From: Bacteroidia bacterium
GTDB taxonomy: Bacteria; Bacteroidota; Bacteroidia; AKYH767-A; OLB10
DNA: 64,000 nucleotides
Direction: 5' to 3'
Assembly (NCBI GenBank): GCA_020847635.1
Contig: JADLBQ010000026.1
Span: 3,531 to 67,530, forward strand
Under the pieces are notes generated by a model. That model did no database searches. It was not told where the DNA came from and saw only the letters and a program-made list of their open reading frames with translations. The position numbers were made by a program, and so were the translations under genes. Shown here in pieces: positions 1 to 11,165 of this stretch. Each line of letters opens with the position of its first letter. Positions within the stretch are counted from its first letter, which is position 1.

Positions 1-953
1 AGGTTATGAACCTGAACCCATTGAATCGGCTTTTGATTTGGTCCATAGGTACCTGTGTTCGGATCATAATCCAATGCTGCATAAATTTTTGCAATTTCCT
101 CTTTCCCGGTTGTAGGACCTTCCTGGATAAATCGGTGACAATTCATGCAGACATTGGCCGAAGGAATACCTGAGTTACGCCCTTTAGCTGCACTGCTATG
201 ACAATATTGGCAGTCAATCTGATTGGTACCGGCATGCAGTTTATGCGAGAATTTAATTGGCTGGTCCGGTTCATATCCTTGTTGAATTCCGATATCAGCC
301 AGTGTGTACCATCCTTTAACACTTCCCCACACCGCAAATATGATTATCAATATTGCTATGAGTTTCTTGTTACCCTTTATCCATTTTATACATGCCTGTT
401 TTACAGAGAGTGGTTCGGGAAGCTGTTCTCCTTCTTTTAGCAGGTAAGCTTGTTTCAGCTTTTTCCTGGTCGCATTCAATATCAGGAAAAAGGCAAACAA
501 TACAACCAGAATGATTATCAAGGGCAGCCTAATGTTATTACCGGTTTGTTCTGATTCAGTAGCAACAGAAGGTGTAACAACAGGTGTTTCAGCAACTTTT
601 TTCGCTGCTTCATCAACATAATGAAAAACTGCAATAATTTCCTCATCAGTCAAAGGTTGATCAGGCATTACAATTTTATTATTCTCATTAAAAACCCTTA
701 CTGCCTCTGCATCTCCGGCTTTGATCAATGTTTGCGAAGACTTAGTCCATTTGATAAGCCAGTCCATCTCGCGTTGTCCAGTAATACCTTTCAGTCCAGG
801 TCCGATTACCTTATTATCTCCTGTACTATGGCATACTGCACAATTAGTTTTGAACAAAGCTTCGCCATCTGGTTGTGCTGCCAGCCGATAGGATATTAAA
901 GTGATGAAAAAGAAGTATGTGAATCGTAAAGTGTTCCTGTTGAGTCCGTTCAT
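1..953 (-). CDS. Multihaem c-type cytochrome, N-terminal part only because the gene runs off the window. It resembles the ActA subunit of alternative complex III.
   Basis: I translated the minus strand by hand from the ATG at 953-951 and found it open all the way to position 1. The product begins MNGLNRNTLRFTYFFFITLISYRLAAQPDGEALFKTNCAVCHSTGDNKVIGPGL, a signal peptide followed by a monohaem CxxCH domain. A TM segment (LPLIIILVVLFAFFLIL) follows, then ...KFSHKLHAGTNQIDCQYCHSSAAKGRNSGIPSANVCMNCHRFI..., which adds two more CxxCH motifs. The ORF track omits it because the gene is truncated by the window edge. Confidence 0.7.
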   Translation of the reverse strand, partial: MNGLNRNTLRFTYFFFITLISYRLAAQPDGEALFKTNCAVCHSTGDNKVIGPGLKGITGQREMDWLIKWTKSSQTLIKAGDAEAVRVFNENNKIVMPDQPLTDEEIIAVFHYVDEAAKKVAETPVVTPSVATESEQTGNNIRLPLIIILVVLFAFFLILNATRKKLKQAYLLKEGEQLPEPLSVKQACIKWIKGNKKLIAILIIIFAVWGSVKGWYTLADIGIQQGYEPDQPIKFSHKLHAGTNQIDCQYCHSSAAKGRNSGIPSANVCMNCHRFIQEGPTTGKEEIAKIYAALDYDPNTGTYGPNQKPIQWVQVHN

Positions 954-1025
954 AGTCGAGGAATTCAGGTAGTTACATATAAGTGTTTGTCAGAACTTTG
1001 TAAAAATAAAAAGAAGTCAGGCGCG

Positions 1026-1033
1026 CAAACGTA
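1026..1033 (-). promoter_or_regulatory. Bacteroidota-type -7 promoter box (TACGTTTG on the minus strand) upstream of the cytochrome gene
   Basis: The plus strand reads CAAACGTA, which is TACGTTTG on the minus strand and matches TAnnTTTG. It lies about 73 nt upstream of the ATG at 953, with a TTG-containing stretch about 22 nt further upstream. This is a motif match only. Confidence 0.35.
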
Positions 1034-1268
1034 CATGAATTTTTGGAATAAACAATACTGAATGTTTGAAAATAAACAGTTTTAATAACTAATAAAAGTA
1101 TTGTAAGGCTGTTAATCGAGTTTTTGTTTTCAAGCCGGAAATCGGTTTACAGAGGAAGTAATAAAAGACTGCATGATTAAAATCAGCATTAAACCTTAAA
1201 ATAAATCACCTGGCAGACTGTAAACTTCGTATAGCCATTTAATTTATTATTATTCTTTTTGCACAACT

Positions 1269-2093
1269 ATGATCAACATACTTATTCCTACCGATTTTTC
1301 AGCCGCTTCAAAATCAGCAACCCGTTATGGATTATCGCTTGCCAAAACACTGGATGCTGAAGTTCACCTGGTAACAATGATTCAAATTGAGATTTATGCA
1401 CACTCTGGAGCTGCCGTTAAAATGATGAGTATCGAAGAGCAAATGAATCTGATGGCGGAAAGGGATATGCAAAAGTTTTTGGATGAACTAAGAAAAGAAT
1501 TCCCTGATTCAATAATAACTACTGAGATTCTTCGTGGCCAGTCACTGCACTCAGCTCTTGACAGCTGTGCAGCTGAAAATGGAACCGATATGATTGTTAT
1601 GGGAACACACGGGGCTTCAGGAATTATCGGAAATATTATGGGAAGTAATGCTTCTGCCGTTATTGCTCATTCAGCCGTTCCGGTGCTTACCATTCCTCCT
1701 GAAACAGTTTATAACGAGCACCCAAAAATTATTTTGACCTCCGATCTCCAAAACCTTGAACCAAAAATCAGAATCATAGCTCCTTTAGCTGCAATCCTTG
1801 AAACAGAGATTATTTTATTTCATGTATCAACAGACGGAACTCACCAATCGGACGAAGAAGAGCTGATCCGAAGCCAACTAAGTTCAGAATTCAGCCTTCC
1901 GGGGATTAAAGTTAAGATTGTTCAGAACACATCTATTGAAGCAGGCATTGAATCTTTTGCTGTTGAAAATCAACCTTGCCTGATTGCTATGTTTACTCAT
2001 AAACCCGGATTCTTTCAGAAAATGTTTGGAAAAAGCATAACCCGCAAAACTGTTCTTCACACCCAGGTTCCATTATTGACATTGAAACATTGA
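1269..2093 (+). CDS. Universal stress protein, tandem UspA domains
   Basis: The 274-aa ORF contains two Usp-like halves. The first carries the typical ATP-binding region GTHGASGIIGNIMGSNASAVIAHSAVPVLTIP. Confidence 0.8.
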   Translation: MINILIPTDFSAASKSATRYGLSLAKTLDAEVHLVTMIQIEIYAHSGAAVKMMSIEEQMNLMAERDMQKFLDELRKEFPDSIITTEILRGQSLHSALDSCAAENGTDMIVMGTHGASGIIGNIMGSNASAVIAHSAVPVLTIPPETVYNEHPKIILTSDLQNLEPKIRIIAPLAAILETEIILFHVSTDGTHQSDEEELIRSQLSSEFSLPGIKVKIVQNTSIEAGIESFAVENQPCLIAMFTHKPGFFQKMFGKSITRKTVLHTQVPLLTLKH

Positions 2094-2131
2094 GAGGAAT
2101 CATTCAGAACTGAACTGAGGCTATCCATTGG

Positions 2132-4432
2132 TTACAGCTTTAATCTCAATTGAAAAACAAGACTTCGGGGTGGCTGCATATCTGCCGGACGCGAAAGATA
2201 TTCTTCGTTTGTCAGATTCTTTACAATAATTCCCAAATCAAAATTTTTCAGAAATGAATAAAACAATCGGACATCAAAAACCCAGTTGCCTTTTCTGTGT
2301 TTATCACGGTAGTCCTTTACCCCTGGAATCATTAAATTGAATATCTCATCAATATTCTCCATGAATGAATTGTACCGAGCACTAACTCCAAGCGTTAAGT
2401 GTTCATATCCTGCTTCAATATCGGCTTTCAATAATCTGCGGTAACGATATTTAAGAATGTTGTATTTGGCTGAGTTTTTAGCTGTATCTGTTGCAGCATT
2501 ATAATCTGTCTGAATCGGATAAATGACCGTATAACCGGCCAGTACCTGCAACGGGATTCTTCCTAAATTCCCATGTCCAGTTAGCGTAAGATCCATTCCC
2601 TGTATTCTGGTATTACCAATATTCTGAGACTGAAATCCCAACCATTTTGGTAAATAGGCAGGGTCATCAGGGTCAAGTGAAGGTGTCATCCCTTCAGGAA
2701 TATAAAGCCCAAAAACAAATTCCATCATGTCTTTATACTCACTCCAGAAGCCAGCCAGGTCAAGTGAACCCTTCCAGTTATTGATTTTAAATCCCTGATT
2801 GATTCCCAACTCGGCTGTAAATCCGGTTTCAGGCTGTAGGCTGTCATTTGGAAAAATATTTACATCCCCAACACTTGTTTTAACATACTTCTCAGCAATG
2901 GAAGGAAAACGGTAGCCTTGCCCGTAAGAAGCCCGAAGATGCGTATTATCATAAAGCCGGTAATTTAGCCCGCTGCGAAATACAGGCGTAAATTCACTTT
3001 TTACGGTGTCAATCCTGTTTTGCTCCCACCTGACTCCGAATGAAAAATTCCATCTTTCAATCTGATGGTCAAACTGGGTATAAAACCCGATGTTGTTTGA
3101 CAAGTGGTTTCCATAGAGTTCGCTTTTAACTCCGTTATACTGTTCGGCAACACCCCAAATCCAGTTTGATTGTTGATTAAAGCGTTTTTGAAACTGGTAC
3201 TCTGCAAAATAAACACCAGCAGAAGATTCCTGTGCAGTATTGTTTTGATTATCAGTCAAAAAATAGCGGGTTCTGAATTTATGAGTTACCCCATTATTGG
3301 TTGAATAGGTTACGAACGGATCAATATTCCATCGCTTGGTTATATAGGTACTTATTGTCGTATTTGAATCCAGCCCTCCCTGTGGGATGAATGCACCGGT
3401 AGTGTCATTCTCCCATATAAAAAACAATCCACCTTCTGAGCGTGTATAATTTGTATTAAAACCTATTGTCAGTCCTTCGAGGCTTTTTTTGAATACATAC
3501 CGGGTATTCAGGCTTATCCGGTAGCGTTCTTCATGCTCTCCCATTCGGTAACCTTCATCTTTAAAATAATTCGCTGCTCCAACAAGATCTAAACTTCCAA
3601 TTTTACGGCTGTGTGAAACGCTGGCACCACGATATTGAGGAGATTTACTCCACCATTTGTAAGCCTTATTACTTGGGCTGTCATACACTCCGTTATAAAT
3701 AACGGCTTTTGTTTCCGGTTCAGTTTTTGGATAAGCTGTTCTGATATTAATAACTCCATTGAGAGCTGAAGATCCGTATAATGCCGAAGATGCACCTTTC
3801 AGCACTTCAATTTGCTCCAGGTTTTCTGTTGGTAAGAAACTCCATTTTACATCTGAAGCATCACCAGCCAACATTGGCAAATCATCAACCAATAACAATA
3901 CCCGGCTTCCAGCACCATAACTGAATCCGCTTCCACCTCGAATGTTAGCTTGTCCGTCAATTACCTGAACTCCCGGTACTTGCTGCATGGCATCATCCAT
4001 TACCGTTGTATTCATATTTTCAATCAATATTGGCTTAATAACAGCCATTGAAACCGTAACTTCTTCAATTTTTTGCTCAAATTTTCCCGCACTTACAACC
4101 ACGGTTCCCAATTCACTGACAGATTGAATTAAATCAATATTCAAAATGCGGGCTTCGGCCGGCTGCAATGTCAGTTTCTTTACTTGAGTTTCATAACCAA
4201 TGAATCTGAATTCCAGGGTTAGCTCACTGGTATCAGTTTTCAATTCATATTTTCCTGCAAGATTGGTAATGGTTCCGGTTGTTCCCATGACCACATTTAC
4301 ACCGGGTAATGGTTCCTTTGTTTTAGCATCCCGAACCAGTCCAATAATCACTGCTTTTTCCTGGCTGAAGGCTTCAAAAGAATTTCCAGATAAGACCAGA
4401 ATTAACAGTAATGCGGCTAAATGTTTGTACAT
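2132..4432 (-). CDS. TonB-dependent outer-membrane receptor with an N-terminal carboxypeptidase-regulatory-like domain
   Basis: The 766-aa ORF has a signal peptide and a CarbopepD_reg-like segment (IIGLVRDAKTKEPLPGVNVVMGTTGTITNLAGKYEL). A plug region follows (IEVLKGASSALYGSSALNGVINI), then a long beta-barrel with an aromatic C-terminus. Confidence 0.85.
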   Translation of the reverse strand: MYKHLAALLLILVLSGNSFEAFSQEKAVIIGLVRDAKTKEPLPGVNVVMGTTGTITNLAGKYELKTDTSELTLEFRFIGYETQVKKLTLQPAEARILNIDLIQSVSELGTVVVSAGKFEQKIEEVTVSMAVIKPILIENMNTTVMDDAMQQVPGVQVIDGQANIRGGSGFSYGAGSRVLLLVDDLPMLAGDASDVKWSFLPTENLEQIEVLKGASSALYGSSALNGVINIRTAYPKTEPETKAVIYNGVYDSPSNKAYKWWSKSPQYRGASVSHSRKIGSLDLVGAANYFKDEGYRMGEHEERYRISLNTRYVFKKSLEGLTIGFNTNYTRSEGGLFFIWENDTTGAFIPQGGLDSNTTISTYITKRWNIDPFVTYSTNNGVTHKFRTRYFLTDNQNNTAQESSAGVYFAEYQFQKRFNQQSNWIWGVAEQYNGVKSELYGNHLSNNIGFYTQFDHQIERWNFSFGVRWEQNRIDTVKSEFTPVFRSGLNYRLYDNTHLRASYGQGYRFPSIAEKYVKTSVGDVNIFPNDSLQPETGFTAELGINQGFKINNWKGSLDLAGFWSEYKDMMEFVFGLYIPEGMTPSLDPDDPAYLPKWLGFQSQNIGNTRIQGMDLTLTGHGNLGRIPLQVLAGYTVIYPIQTDYNAATDTAKNSAKYNILKYRYRRLLKADIEAGYEHLTLGVSARYNSFMENIDEIFNLMIPGVKDYRDKHRKGNWVFDVRLFYSFLKNFDLGIIVKNLTNEEYLSRPADMQPPRSLVFQLRLKL

Positions 4433-4490
4433 AGAGTTTATTTTTGTCGGTTAGGAAGAACTCCACAAAAGACTGTATTTTTTTTATTCT

Positions 4491-5609
4491 ATGCAACAGG
4501 CTGTAACCACAGAACAATTGAAATTCAGGATTGCTCTTACCCTGATTGAAGGAGTTGGAAATGTTAATGCACGTAGCCTGGTTGCTTACTGCGGACGTGT
4601 GGAGGCAATTTTTAAAGAAAAAAAAAGAAACCTTGAGAAAATTCCAGGCATTGGACCAACAACTGCTCAACGGATTCATGCTTTTGATTTATTTGACAAA
4701 GCTGAAAAAGAATGTTCATTCATTGAACGACATAATATTCAGTCACTCTTTTATCTTGATCAAGCTTTCCCCTGGCGGCTAAAGAACTGTACCGATGCTC
4801 CCGTGATGTTATATTATAAAGGAATCCAGGACCTGAACCATCAGCGGCTGATAGCAATTGTTGGTACCCGTAATGCATCGGAATATGGAAAACAAGTAAC
4901 TGAAAAAATAACAGAAGATCTGAAAGCCTATGATGTAGTAATTGTGAGCGGGTTAGCTTATGGAATTGACATTACAGCCCATAAAACAGCATTAAAAAAC
5001 GAGATGAATACCATTGGTGTGGTAGCTCATGGATTAGACCGGATCTATCCGGCTGTGCACAAAGCAACAGCAGAACAGATGATTGAACAAGGAGGGTTGC
5101 TAACCGAGTTTATAACAAACACCAAACCCGATCGCGAAAACTTTCCTCAGCGAAACCGGATTGTTGCCGGAATTTGTGATGCTGTTGTGGTTATTGAAGC
5201 AGCCCGATCAGGCGGTGCCCTGATTACTGCTGATATTGCCAACTCGTATAACCGTGATGTATTTGCTGTTCCGGGCCGTACTTCAGACACCTATAGCCAG
5301 GGCTGTAATCACTTTATCAAAATCAATAAAGCAGCTCTTGCCGAATCTGCTGCTGATATTGCCTACATGATGGGATGGGAGATTGAAAAAAAAGTTGAAA
5401 ATAAGACACAACAACGTCAGCTTTTCATTGAGCTGGATGGAGATGAAAAAACGGTTTACAATTTTATCAGTCAAAACGGAAAATCACATATTGATATGAT
5501 TACATGTAAGGTCAGCCTTCCCGTTAGTAAACTCTCAGAAACACTACTCAGTCTCGAATTTAAAGGACTGTTAAAATCATTGCCCGGAAAAATGTATGAA
5601 AGCGCATGA
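4491..5609 (+). CDS. dprA: DNA-processing protein DprA (Smf)
   Basis: The 372-aa ORF has an N-terminal SAM/HhH-like region and a Rossmann DprA core (IVSGLAYGIDITAHKTAL, RNRIVAGICDAVVVIEAARSGGALITA). A C-terminal winged-helix-like tail follows. Confidence 0.85.
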   Translation: MQQAVTTEQLKFRIALTLIEGVGNVNARSLVAYCGRVEAIFKEKKRNLEKIPGIGPTTAQRIHAFDLFDKAEKECSFIERHNIQSLFYLDQAFPWRLKNCTDAPVMLYYKGIQDLNHQRLIAIVGTRNASEYGKQVTEKITEDLKAYDVVIVSGLAYGIDITAHKTALKNEMNTIGVVAHGLDRIYPAVHKATAEQMIEQGGLLTEFITNTKPDRENFPQRNRIVAGICDAVVVIEAARSGGALITADIANSYNRDVFAVPGRTSDTYSQGCNHFIKINKAALAESAADIAYMMGWEIEKKVENKTQQRQLFIELDGDEKTVYNFISQNGKSHIDMITCKVSLPVSKLSETLLSLEFKGLLKSLPGKMYESA

Positions 5610-5717
5610 ATAGTCATTTACATTACCGGAAATAAGACTGCCTTTTAAGTAAATCCGGATAACCAGGCGGCAAACCTTTCTGCGAATTCTTATTTTCGCT
5701 TCATAAAATTATGCATT

Positions 5718-6905
5718 ATGTACATAACACTTCAACCGGTTCTGGAGAAAGAACTTAAAGAAATCAGAGAAGCCGGATTGTTTAAACAAGAGCGAATTAT
5801 CTCAACCCCCCAGGGTGCTGAGATAACCGCTAATGGAAAACAGGTTTTACATTTCTGCGCAAATAATTACCTTGGCCTCTCTTCTCATCCAAGAGTAATC
5901 GAAGCAGCAAAACAAGCAATAACCACCCATGGGTATGGGATGTCGTCTGTCCGGTTTATCTGCGGAACTCAGGACATTCACAAAACACTGGAACAAAAAA
6001 TATCATCTTTTCTTGGGACTGAAGATACCATTCTGTATGCAGCCGCCTTTGATGCAAACGGAGGTGTATTTGAACCTCTTTTTAATGACCAGGATGCAAT
6101 TATCAGTGATGAATTGAACCATGCTTCCATTATTGATGGTGTAAGGTTATGCAAAGCAGACCGGCACCGGTTTAAGCATAACAATATGGAGGATCTGGAG
6201 GAAAAACTGAAAGCCACCCAGCATAAGCGTCACCGGATTATTGTGACAGATGGGGTGTTCAGTATGGATGGAACGATTGCCCAACTTGATAAAATCTGTG
6301 AGCTGGCTGACCGATACCAGTCCTTAATTATGATTGATGAATGTCATGCATCAGGATTTATGGGGAAATCGGGCAGAGGAACTCACGAGCATTGCGGAGT
6401 TATGGATCGCATAGATATCATTACCGGGACACTGGGCAAAGCATTAGGTGGTGCTATGGGTGGGTTTACCTCAGGACGTAAAGAAATTATTGAAATGCTT
6501 CGCCAGCGCTCGCGGCCTTACCTGTTTAGCAATTCACTGGCACCTTCAATTGTTGGTGCTTCGATTGCAGTTCTCGACATGCTGACAGAGACAACTGCAC
6601 TTCGTGATAAACTTTGGGATAACACAACTTATTTCCGTCATAAAATTACAGAAGCGGGTTTTGACATCAAACCCGGCATTCATCCAATTGTTCCTATTAT
6701 GTTATATGAAGCCAAACTTGCACAGGACTTTGCCTCCCTGTTGCTTGAAGAAGGCGTGTATGTTACCGGCTTTTTCTACCCGGTTGTTGCCAAAGGAAAT
6801 GCACGGATCAGGGTTCAGCTCTCAGCAGCTCATGAAAAGCATCATATTGACAGAGCCATTCAGGCATTTACTACAATAGGTGAAAAGCTGGCAGTACTCA
6901 AATAA
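5718..6905 (+). CDS. kbl: Glycine C-acetyltransferase (2-amino-3-ketobutyrate CoA ligase)
   Basis: The 395-aa product matches E. coli Kbl closely over conserved blocks such as FCANNYLGLSSHP, MSSVRFICGTQDIHKTLEQK and ISDELNHASIIDGVRLCKA. Confidence 0.9.
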   Translation: MYITLQPVLEKELKEIREAGLFKQERIISTPQGAEITANGKQVLHFCANNYLGLSSHPRVIEAAKQAITTHGYGMSSVRFICGTQDIHKTLEQKISSFLGTEDTILYAAAFDANGGVFEPLFNDQDAIISDELNHASIIDGVRLCKADRHRFKHNNMEDLEEKLKATQHKRHRIIVTDGVFSMDGTIAQLDKICELADRYQSLIMIDECHASGFMGKSGRGTHEHCGVMDRIDIITGTLGKALGGAMGGFTSGRKEIIEMLRQRSRPYLFSNSLAPSIVGASIAVLDMLTETTALRDKLWDNTTYFRHKITEAGFDIKPGIHPIVPIMLYEAKLAQDFASLLLEEGVYVTGFFYPVVAKGNARIRVQLSAAHEKHHIDRAIQAFTTIGEKLAVLK

Positions 6906-6951
6906 TTCTGCTGCTTTCATTTTTTATCTTCGCAACTGAAAATTTTCAGAG

Positions 6952-9738
6952 GTGGAGTATCATTTTAAAGAAATTGAAAAGCGCTGGCAACAGTATTGGG
7001 CAGAACATAAAATCTTCCGGGCATTAAATCCTGACAGCCCTGAATTCTTATCCAGTCAATTTAAAGGTAAGTATTATGTACTGGATATGTTTCCGTATCC
7101 TTCAGGGGCAGGTTTGCATGTTGGGCATCCGCTCGGTTATATTGCTTCTGATATCGTTGCTCGCTACAAAAGACACTGCGGGTATAACGTTCTCCATCCG
7201 ATGGGTTACGACTCTTTTGGATTGCCGGCTGAACAATACGCCATTCAAACCGGCCTGCACCCCGGTGTTACTACCGAAAATAACATTAACCGTTACCGGG
7301 AGCAGCTTGATAAAATCGGATTTTCTTATGACTGGGATCGGGAAGTGAGAACATCAGATCCTGATTATTACAAATGGACCCAATGGATCTTCCTGAAGTT
7401 GTTTAACTCCTGGTACAATCCGGCAACGGATCAGGCAGAGCCTTTGGATACACTGCTGCATCATTTAAAAAACTGTAAAACCTTTCCGGGACAAGAAGCA
7501 ACCTCATGGGAATTGCTGACTGAAAAGCAGAAAAGTGATATCCTGATGAGCTACCGGCTGGCTTACCTGAGTGAATCATGGGTTAACTGGTGTCCTGCTC
7601 TTGGAACAGTTCTGGCCAATGAAGAAGTCAAAGACGGAGTGAGTGAACGTGGAGGGTATCCGGTAGAAAGAAAACAGATGCCCCAGTGGAGTCTTCGAAT
7701 TACAGCATTTGCTGACCGGTTACTCCGCGACCTGGATCAGCTCCAATGGAGTGAAAGCCTGAAAGATGCTCAGCGTAACTGGATTGGCAAATCTGTTGGC
7801 AGCAGTTTAACATTTGAAGTTGAAGGCTCTGATCGTATGATTGAAGTATTCACCACCCGGCCAGATACGGTCTTCGGAGTTTCTTTTCTGACACTGGCAC
7901 CTGAAAGTGAGCTTGTAGAGGAGCTAACTGCTGCTGAATTTGCTGACGCAATTAGACAATATGTTCAATATGCCAGAAACCGGAATGAACGGGAACGGCA
8001 GGCAGATGTGAAGAAAATTACCGGCCAGTTTACCGGATCATTTGCTATTCATCCGTTTACAGGTGAAAAAATACCGGTTTGGGTTGGCGAATATGTACTG
8101 GCCGGATATGGTACAGGAGCTGTAATGGGTGTACCCGCTCATGACAGCCGTGACTATGCTTTTGCCAAGCATTTTAATCTCGAAATCCGCCAGGTTATTG
8201 AACCGCCAGTTGATTTTAAAGAAGAAGTGTGGGAAGAGAAATCAGGAACCTGCATAAACTCTGGTTTTCTGAATGGCCTGGAAGTGAGTGTGGCCATTCA
8301 ACGATGTATTGAAGAAATTGAAAAAAATAACATTGGAAAAGGAAAAACAAATTACCGACTAAGAGATGCTATTTTCGGAAGACAACGATACTGGGGTGAG
8401 CCCATTCCGGTTTATTATAAAGACGGAATTCCGGTAGCTGTTAATGAAACTGATTTACCGATTTGCCTGCCTGAAATTGACAAATATCTTCCGACTGAAA
8501 CTGGAGAACCACCTCTTGCACGGGCAAAAGACTGGTACTTTGTCCCCGGTAGGGGTATTACCTCTGCCTCAGAAGACAAGAATGGGACTGGCGGAGAACT
8601 GGAGTTAACAACGATGCCAGGTTGGGCAGGTTCATCCTGGTATTACCTGCGTTTCATGGATGCAAGGAATAATTTTGAATTTGCATCCAGGCAGGCAGTT
8701 GATTACTGGAAAGAGGTTGATCTTTATATTGGAGGAAGTGAGCATGCAACAGGCCATCTTTTATATTTCAGATTCTGGACCAAGTTTTTGCATGATCTTG
8801 GATACCTGTCCTTTAGCGAACCAGCTTTGCGGCTGATTAACCAGGGAATGATTCAGGGTACTTCAAGCCTGGTTTACCGGATTAACGGTACTAATAAGTT
8901 TGTATCAGCAGGATTGAGAAAAGATTTTGAGACTACCCCGATTCATATTGATATCCGTTTTGTTCATAACCATGAACTGAATATTGAACAACTCCGTAAC
9001 TGGAGAGATGAGTTTGCCAATGCTGAGTTCATCCTCGAAAACGGGAAATACATTTGTGGAAGTGAAGTTGAGAAAATGTCAAAACGCTGGCACAATGTTG
9101 TCAATCCAGATGATATTTGTGAAAGTTACGGAGCTGATTGTCTGAGGATGTATGAAATGTTCCTGGGTCCGCTTGAGCAGCATAAACCCTGGAATACCAA
9201 CGGTATCTCAGGGGTCTTCAGTTTTCTAAAAAAATTCTGGCGGTTCTATCAGAATTCTGAGTCTGACAGTGTGGATGTTGCTGCACTAAAAGTTCTTCAC
9301 CGCACCATTAAAAAAATCACAAACGACATTGAACATTATTCATTCAATACAGCCGTAAGTGCCTTTATGATTTGTATAAATGAACTGACAGAAATCAAAT
9401 GCTATTCAAAGAAAATTTTTGAACCACTTTGTATCCTAATTGCTCCATTTGCTCCCCACCTGGCTGAAGAGCTATGGTATCAGTTAGGTAACCGACAAAG
9501 TATTTCCTTTTCACCCTGGCCTGAGTTTGATGAAAAATATCTTGAAGAAGATTCATTTGACTATCCGGTATCAATCAACGGAAAAACAAAATTTAAAATT
9601 CCACTGTCACTTAAACTAAACAAACAGGAAGTGGAACAAGCGGTTCTTTCGTCTGCCGAAATTAAAAAATATACAGAGTATAAATCACCTAAAAAAGTGA
9701 TTGTGGTACCCGGCAGAATTGTGAATGTTGTCGTCTGA
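6952..9738 (+). CDS. leuS: Leucine--tRNA ligase
   Basis: The 928-aa ORF starts with GTG ([16 protein letters not shown]). It has the class I HIGH region ([16 protein letters not shown]), the KMSKS motif ([10 protein letters not shown]) and a CP1 editing insertion. Confidence 0.95.
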   Translation: MEYHFKEIEKRWQQYWAEHKIFRALNPDSPEFLSSQFKGKYYVLDMFPYPSGAGLHVGHPLGYIASDIVARYKRHCGYNVLHPMGYDSFGLPAEQYAIQTGLHPGVTTENNINRYREQLDKIGFSYDWDREVRTSDPDYYKWTQWIFLKLFNSWYNPATDQAEPLDTLLHHLKNCKTFPGQEATSWELLTEKQKSDILMSYRLAYLSESWVNWCPALGTVLANEEVKDGVSERGGYPVERKQMPQWSLRITAFADRLLRDLDQLQWSESLKDAQRNWIGKSVGSSLTFEVEGSDRMIEVFTTRPDTVFGVSFLTLAPESELVEELTAAEFADAIRQYVQYARNRNERERQADVKKITGQFTGSFAIHPFTGEKIPVWVGEYVLAGYGTGAVMGVPAHDSRDYAFAKHFNLEIRQVIEPPVDFKEEVWEEKSGTCINSGFLNGLEVSVAIQRCIEEIEKNNIGKGKTNYRLRDAIFGRQRYWGEPIPVYYKDGIPVAVNETDLPICLPEIDKYLPTETGEPPLARAKDWYFVPGRGITSASEDKNGTGGELELTTMPGWAGSSWYYLRFMDARNNFEFASRQAVDYWKEVDLYIGGSEHATGHLLYFRFWTKFLHDLGYLSFSEPALRLINQGMIQGTSSLVYRINGTNKFVSAGLRKDFETTPIHIDIRFVHNHELNIEQLRNWRDEFANAEFILENGKYICGSEVEKMSKRWHNVVNPDDICESYGADCLRMYEMFLGPLEQHKPWNTNGISGVFSFLKKFWRFYQNSESDSVDVAALKVLHRTIKKITNDIEHYSFNTAVSAFMICINELTEIKCYSKKIFEPLCILIAPFAPHLAEELWYQLGNRQSISFSPWPEFDEKYLEEDSFDYPVSINGKTKFKIPLSLKLNKQEVEQAVLSSAEIKKYTEYKSPKKVIVVPGRIVNVVV

Positions 9739-9755
9739 CCGGGCTTGATGACTGT

Positions 9756-11159
9756 TCATTCAGCTTTATGCACACTGTGCATTTCGGGAATTTCAATATT
9801 CTTAAACCCGAACTTTTCAAGTTTAAACTTCCACTCCTTCTGAATGTCATATTCACCATGAACAAGGAATAGTTTTCTCACCAGTGACGAATCCTGACAA
9901 GAGAGGTATTTAATCATTTCGGAATAATCGGCATGGGCACTGAATGAATTAATAACCTGGACTTCAGCACGTACATCAAACTCATCACCAAATATTTTAA
10001 CTTTCTTCTCACCAGATGTCAGTTTACCTCCAAGTGTATTGGCCGGAGTATATCCTACAATTAAAACTGTATTCCGCTGGTCTTCTATATTATTTTTCAA
10101 ATGATGTTTTATTCTTCCGGCTTCCATCATTCCCGAAGGTGCAATAATGATACACGGTTCCTTGAGTTCATTCAATTCTTTTGAATCTCCGACTTCTCGG
10201 ATATACCGGAGCATCGGGAATCCAAACGGATCAGGATCAGTCTGCATGTATTGATGAATAGATTCATTAAAAAGCTCGGCATGTTTCCTCATTATGGAAG
10301 TTGCACTGGTAGAAAGTGGACTGTCAACATAGACTTTCAGTTGTGGCAACTGACCTGTTGTCATCAGCTTGTCAATACTGAAAACGATTTCCTGAGTACG
10401 ACCAAGACTAAAGGCAGGGATGATCAGTTTTCCTTTTTTTTCCAGGCATGTCCGGATAATAATTTCCCTGAGTTTAACAGCAGCCTGAGTAAAATCATCA
10501 TGAAGTGTATTCCCATAAGTACTTTCACAAATGATATAATCAGCTTGTGGAAAGGGTTCAGGATCCTGCAGAATCAGATCATTAAACCTGCCAATATCAC
10601 CTGTAAAAAATAATCGGACCGGCTGTTTTCTTTCCTCAGAAATCAGTAGTATGCCTGCACTTCCCAGGATATGACCGGCATTATAAAAAGTTGCTGTCAG
10701 TTTATCTGAAATTTTAATTGGTTTATGCAATTCAACCGGTACCATCTGGTTTAATGCTTTTTCAACATCTGAGAGGGTATATAATGCAGTCAGATAAGGC
10801 AGCCCTTTTCTAATTCTTTTTTTATTGATGTACTCCAGGTCGTGCTGCTGAATATAGGCACTATCAGGAAGCATAACAGAACAAAGATCAATGGTAGCCT
10901 GAGTTGTATAAATTTTACCGGCAAATCCTTCTTTTACAAGCAAAGGAAGATTACCTGCATGGTCAGCATGAGCATGCGTCAGCAGAACCACATCAACACT
11001 ATCGGGTTCAAATCCGAAATGGCGGTTCAGGGTTTCATTGTCTGAACCGGCATTTTGAAATAACCCGCAGTCAAGAAGAATGTTTTTCCCTGAATCAGTA
11101 GTAACCAGGTGCCGGCTCCCAGTAACTGTCCGGGCAGCTCCGTGAAAAGCTATGTTCAT
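9756..11159 (-). CDS. MBL-fold metallo-hydrolase of the beta-CASP family (RNA-metabolising, RNase J/CPSF-like)
   Basis: The 467-aa ORF carries the HxHxDH motif (LLTHAHADHAGN). The beta-CASP and C-terminal region include SAHADYSEM. Confidence 0.8.
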   Translation of the reverse strand: MNIAFHGAARTVTGSRHLVTTDSGKNILLDCGLFQNAGSDNETLNRHFGFEPDSVDVVLLTHAHADHAGNLPLLVKEGFAGKIYTTQATIDLCSVMLPDSAYIQQHDLEYINKKRIRKGLPYLTALYTLSDVEKALNQMVPVELHKPIKISDKLTATFYNAGHILGSAGILLISEERKQPVRLFFTGDIGRFNDLILQDPEPFPQADYIICESTYGNTLHDDFTQAAVKLREIIIRTCLEKKGKLIIPAFSLGRTQEIVFSIDKLMTTGQLPQLKVYVDSPLSTSATSIMRKHAELFNESIHQYMQTDPDPFGFPMLRYIREVGDSKELNELKEPCIIIAPSGMMEAGRIKHHLKNNIEDQRNTVLIVGYTPANTLGGKLTSGEKKVKIFGDEFDVRAEVQVINSFSAHADYSEMIKYLSCQDSSLVRKLFLVHGEYDIQKEWKFKLEKFGFKNIEIPEMHSVHKAE

Positions 11160-11165
11160 AGTTCT

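Noticed and set aside
4618-4626. An A9 homopolymer inside dprA as a possible slipped-strand phase-variation tract
   Set aside because: It encodes an ordinary Lys-rich stretch (KEKKRN) in an AT-rich genome. The tract is short, and comparable T8/A8 runs occur in other housekeeping genes (for example at 10434-10441). There is no evidence of variability from a single sequence.
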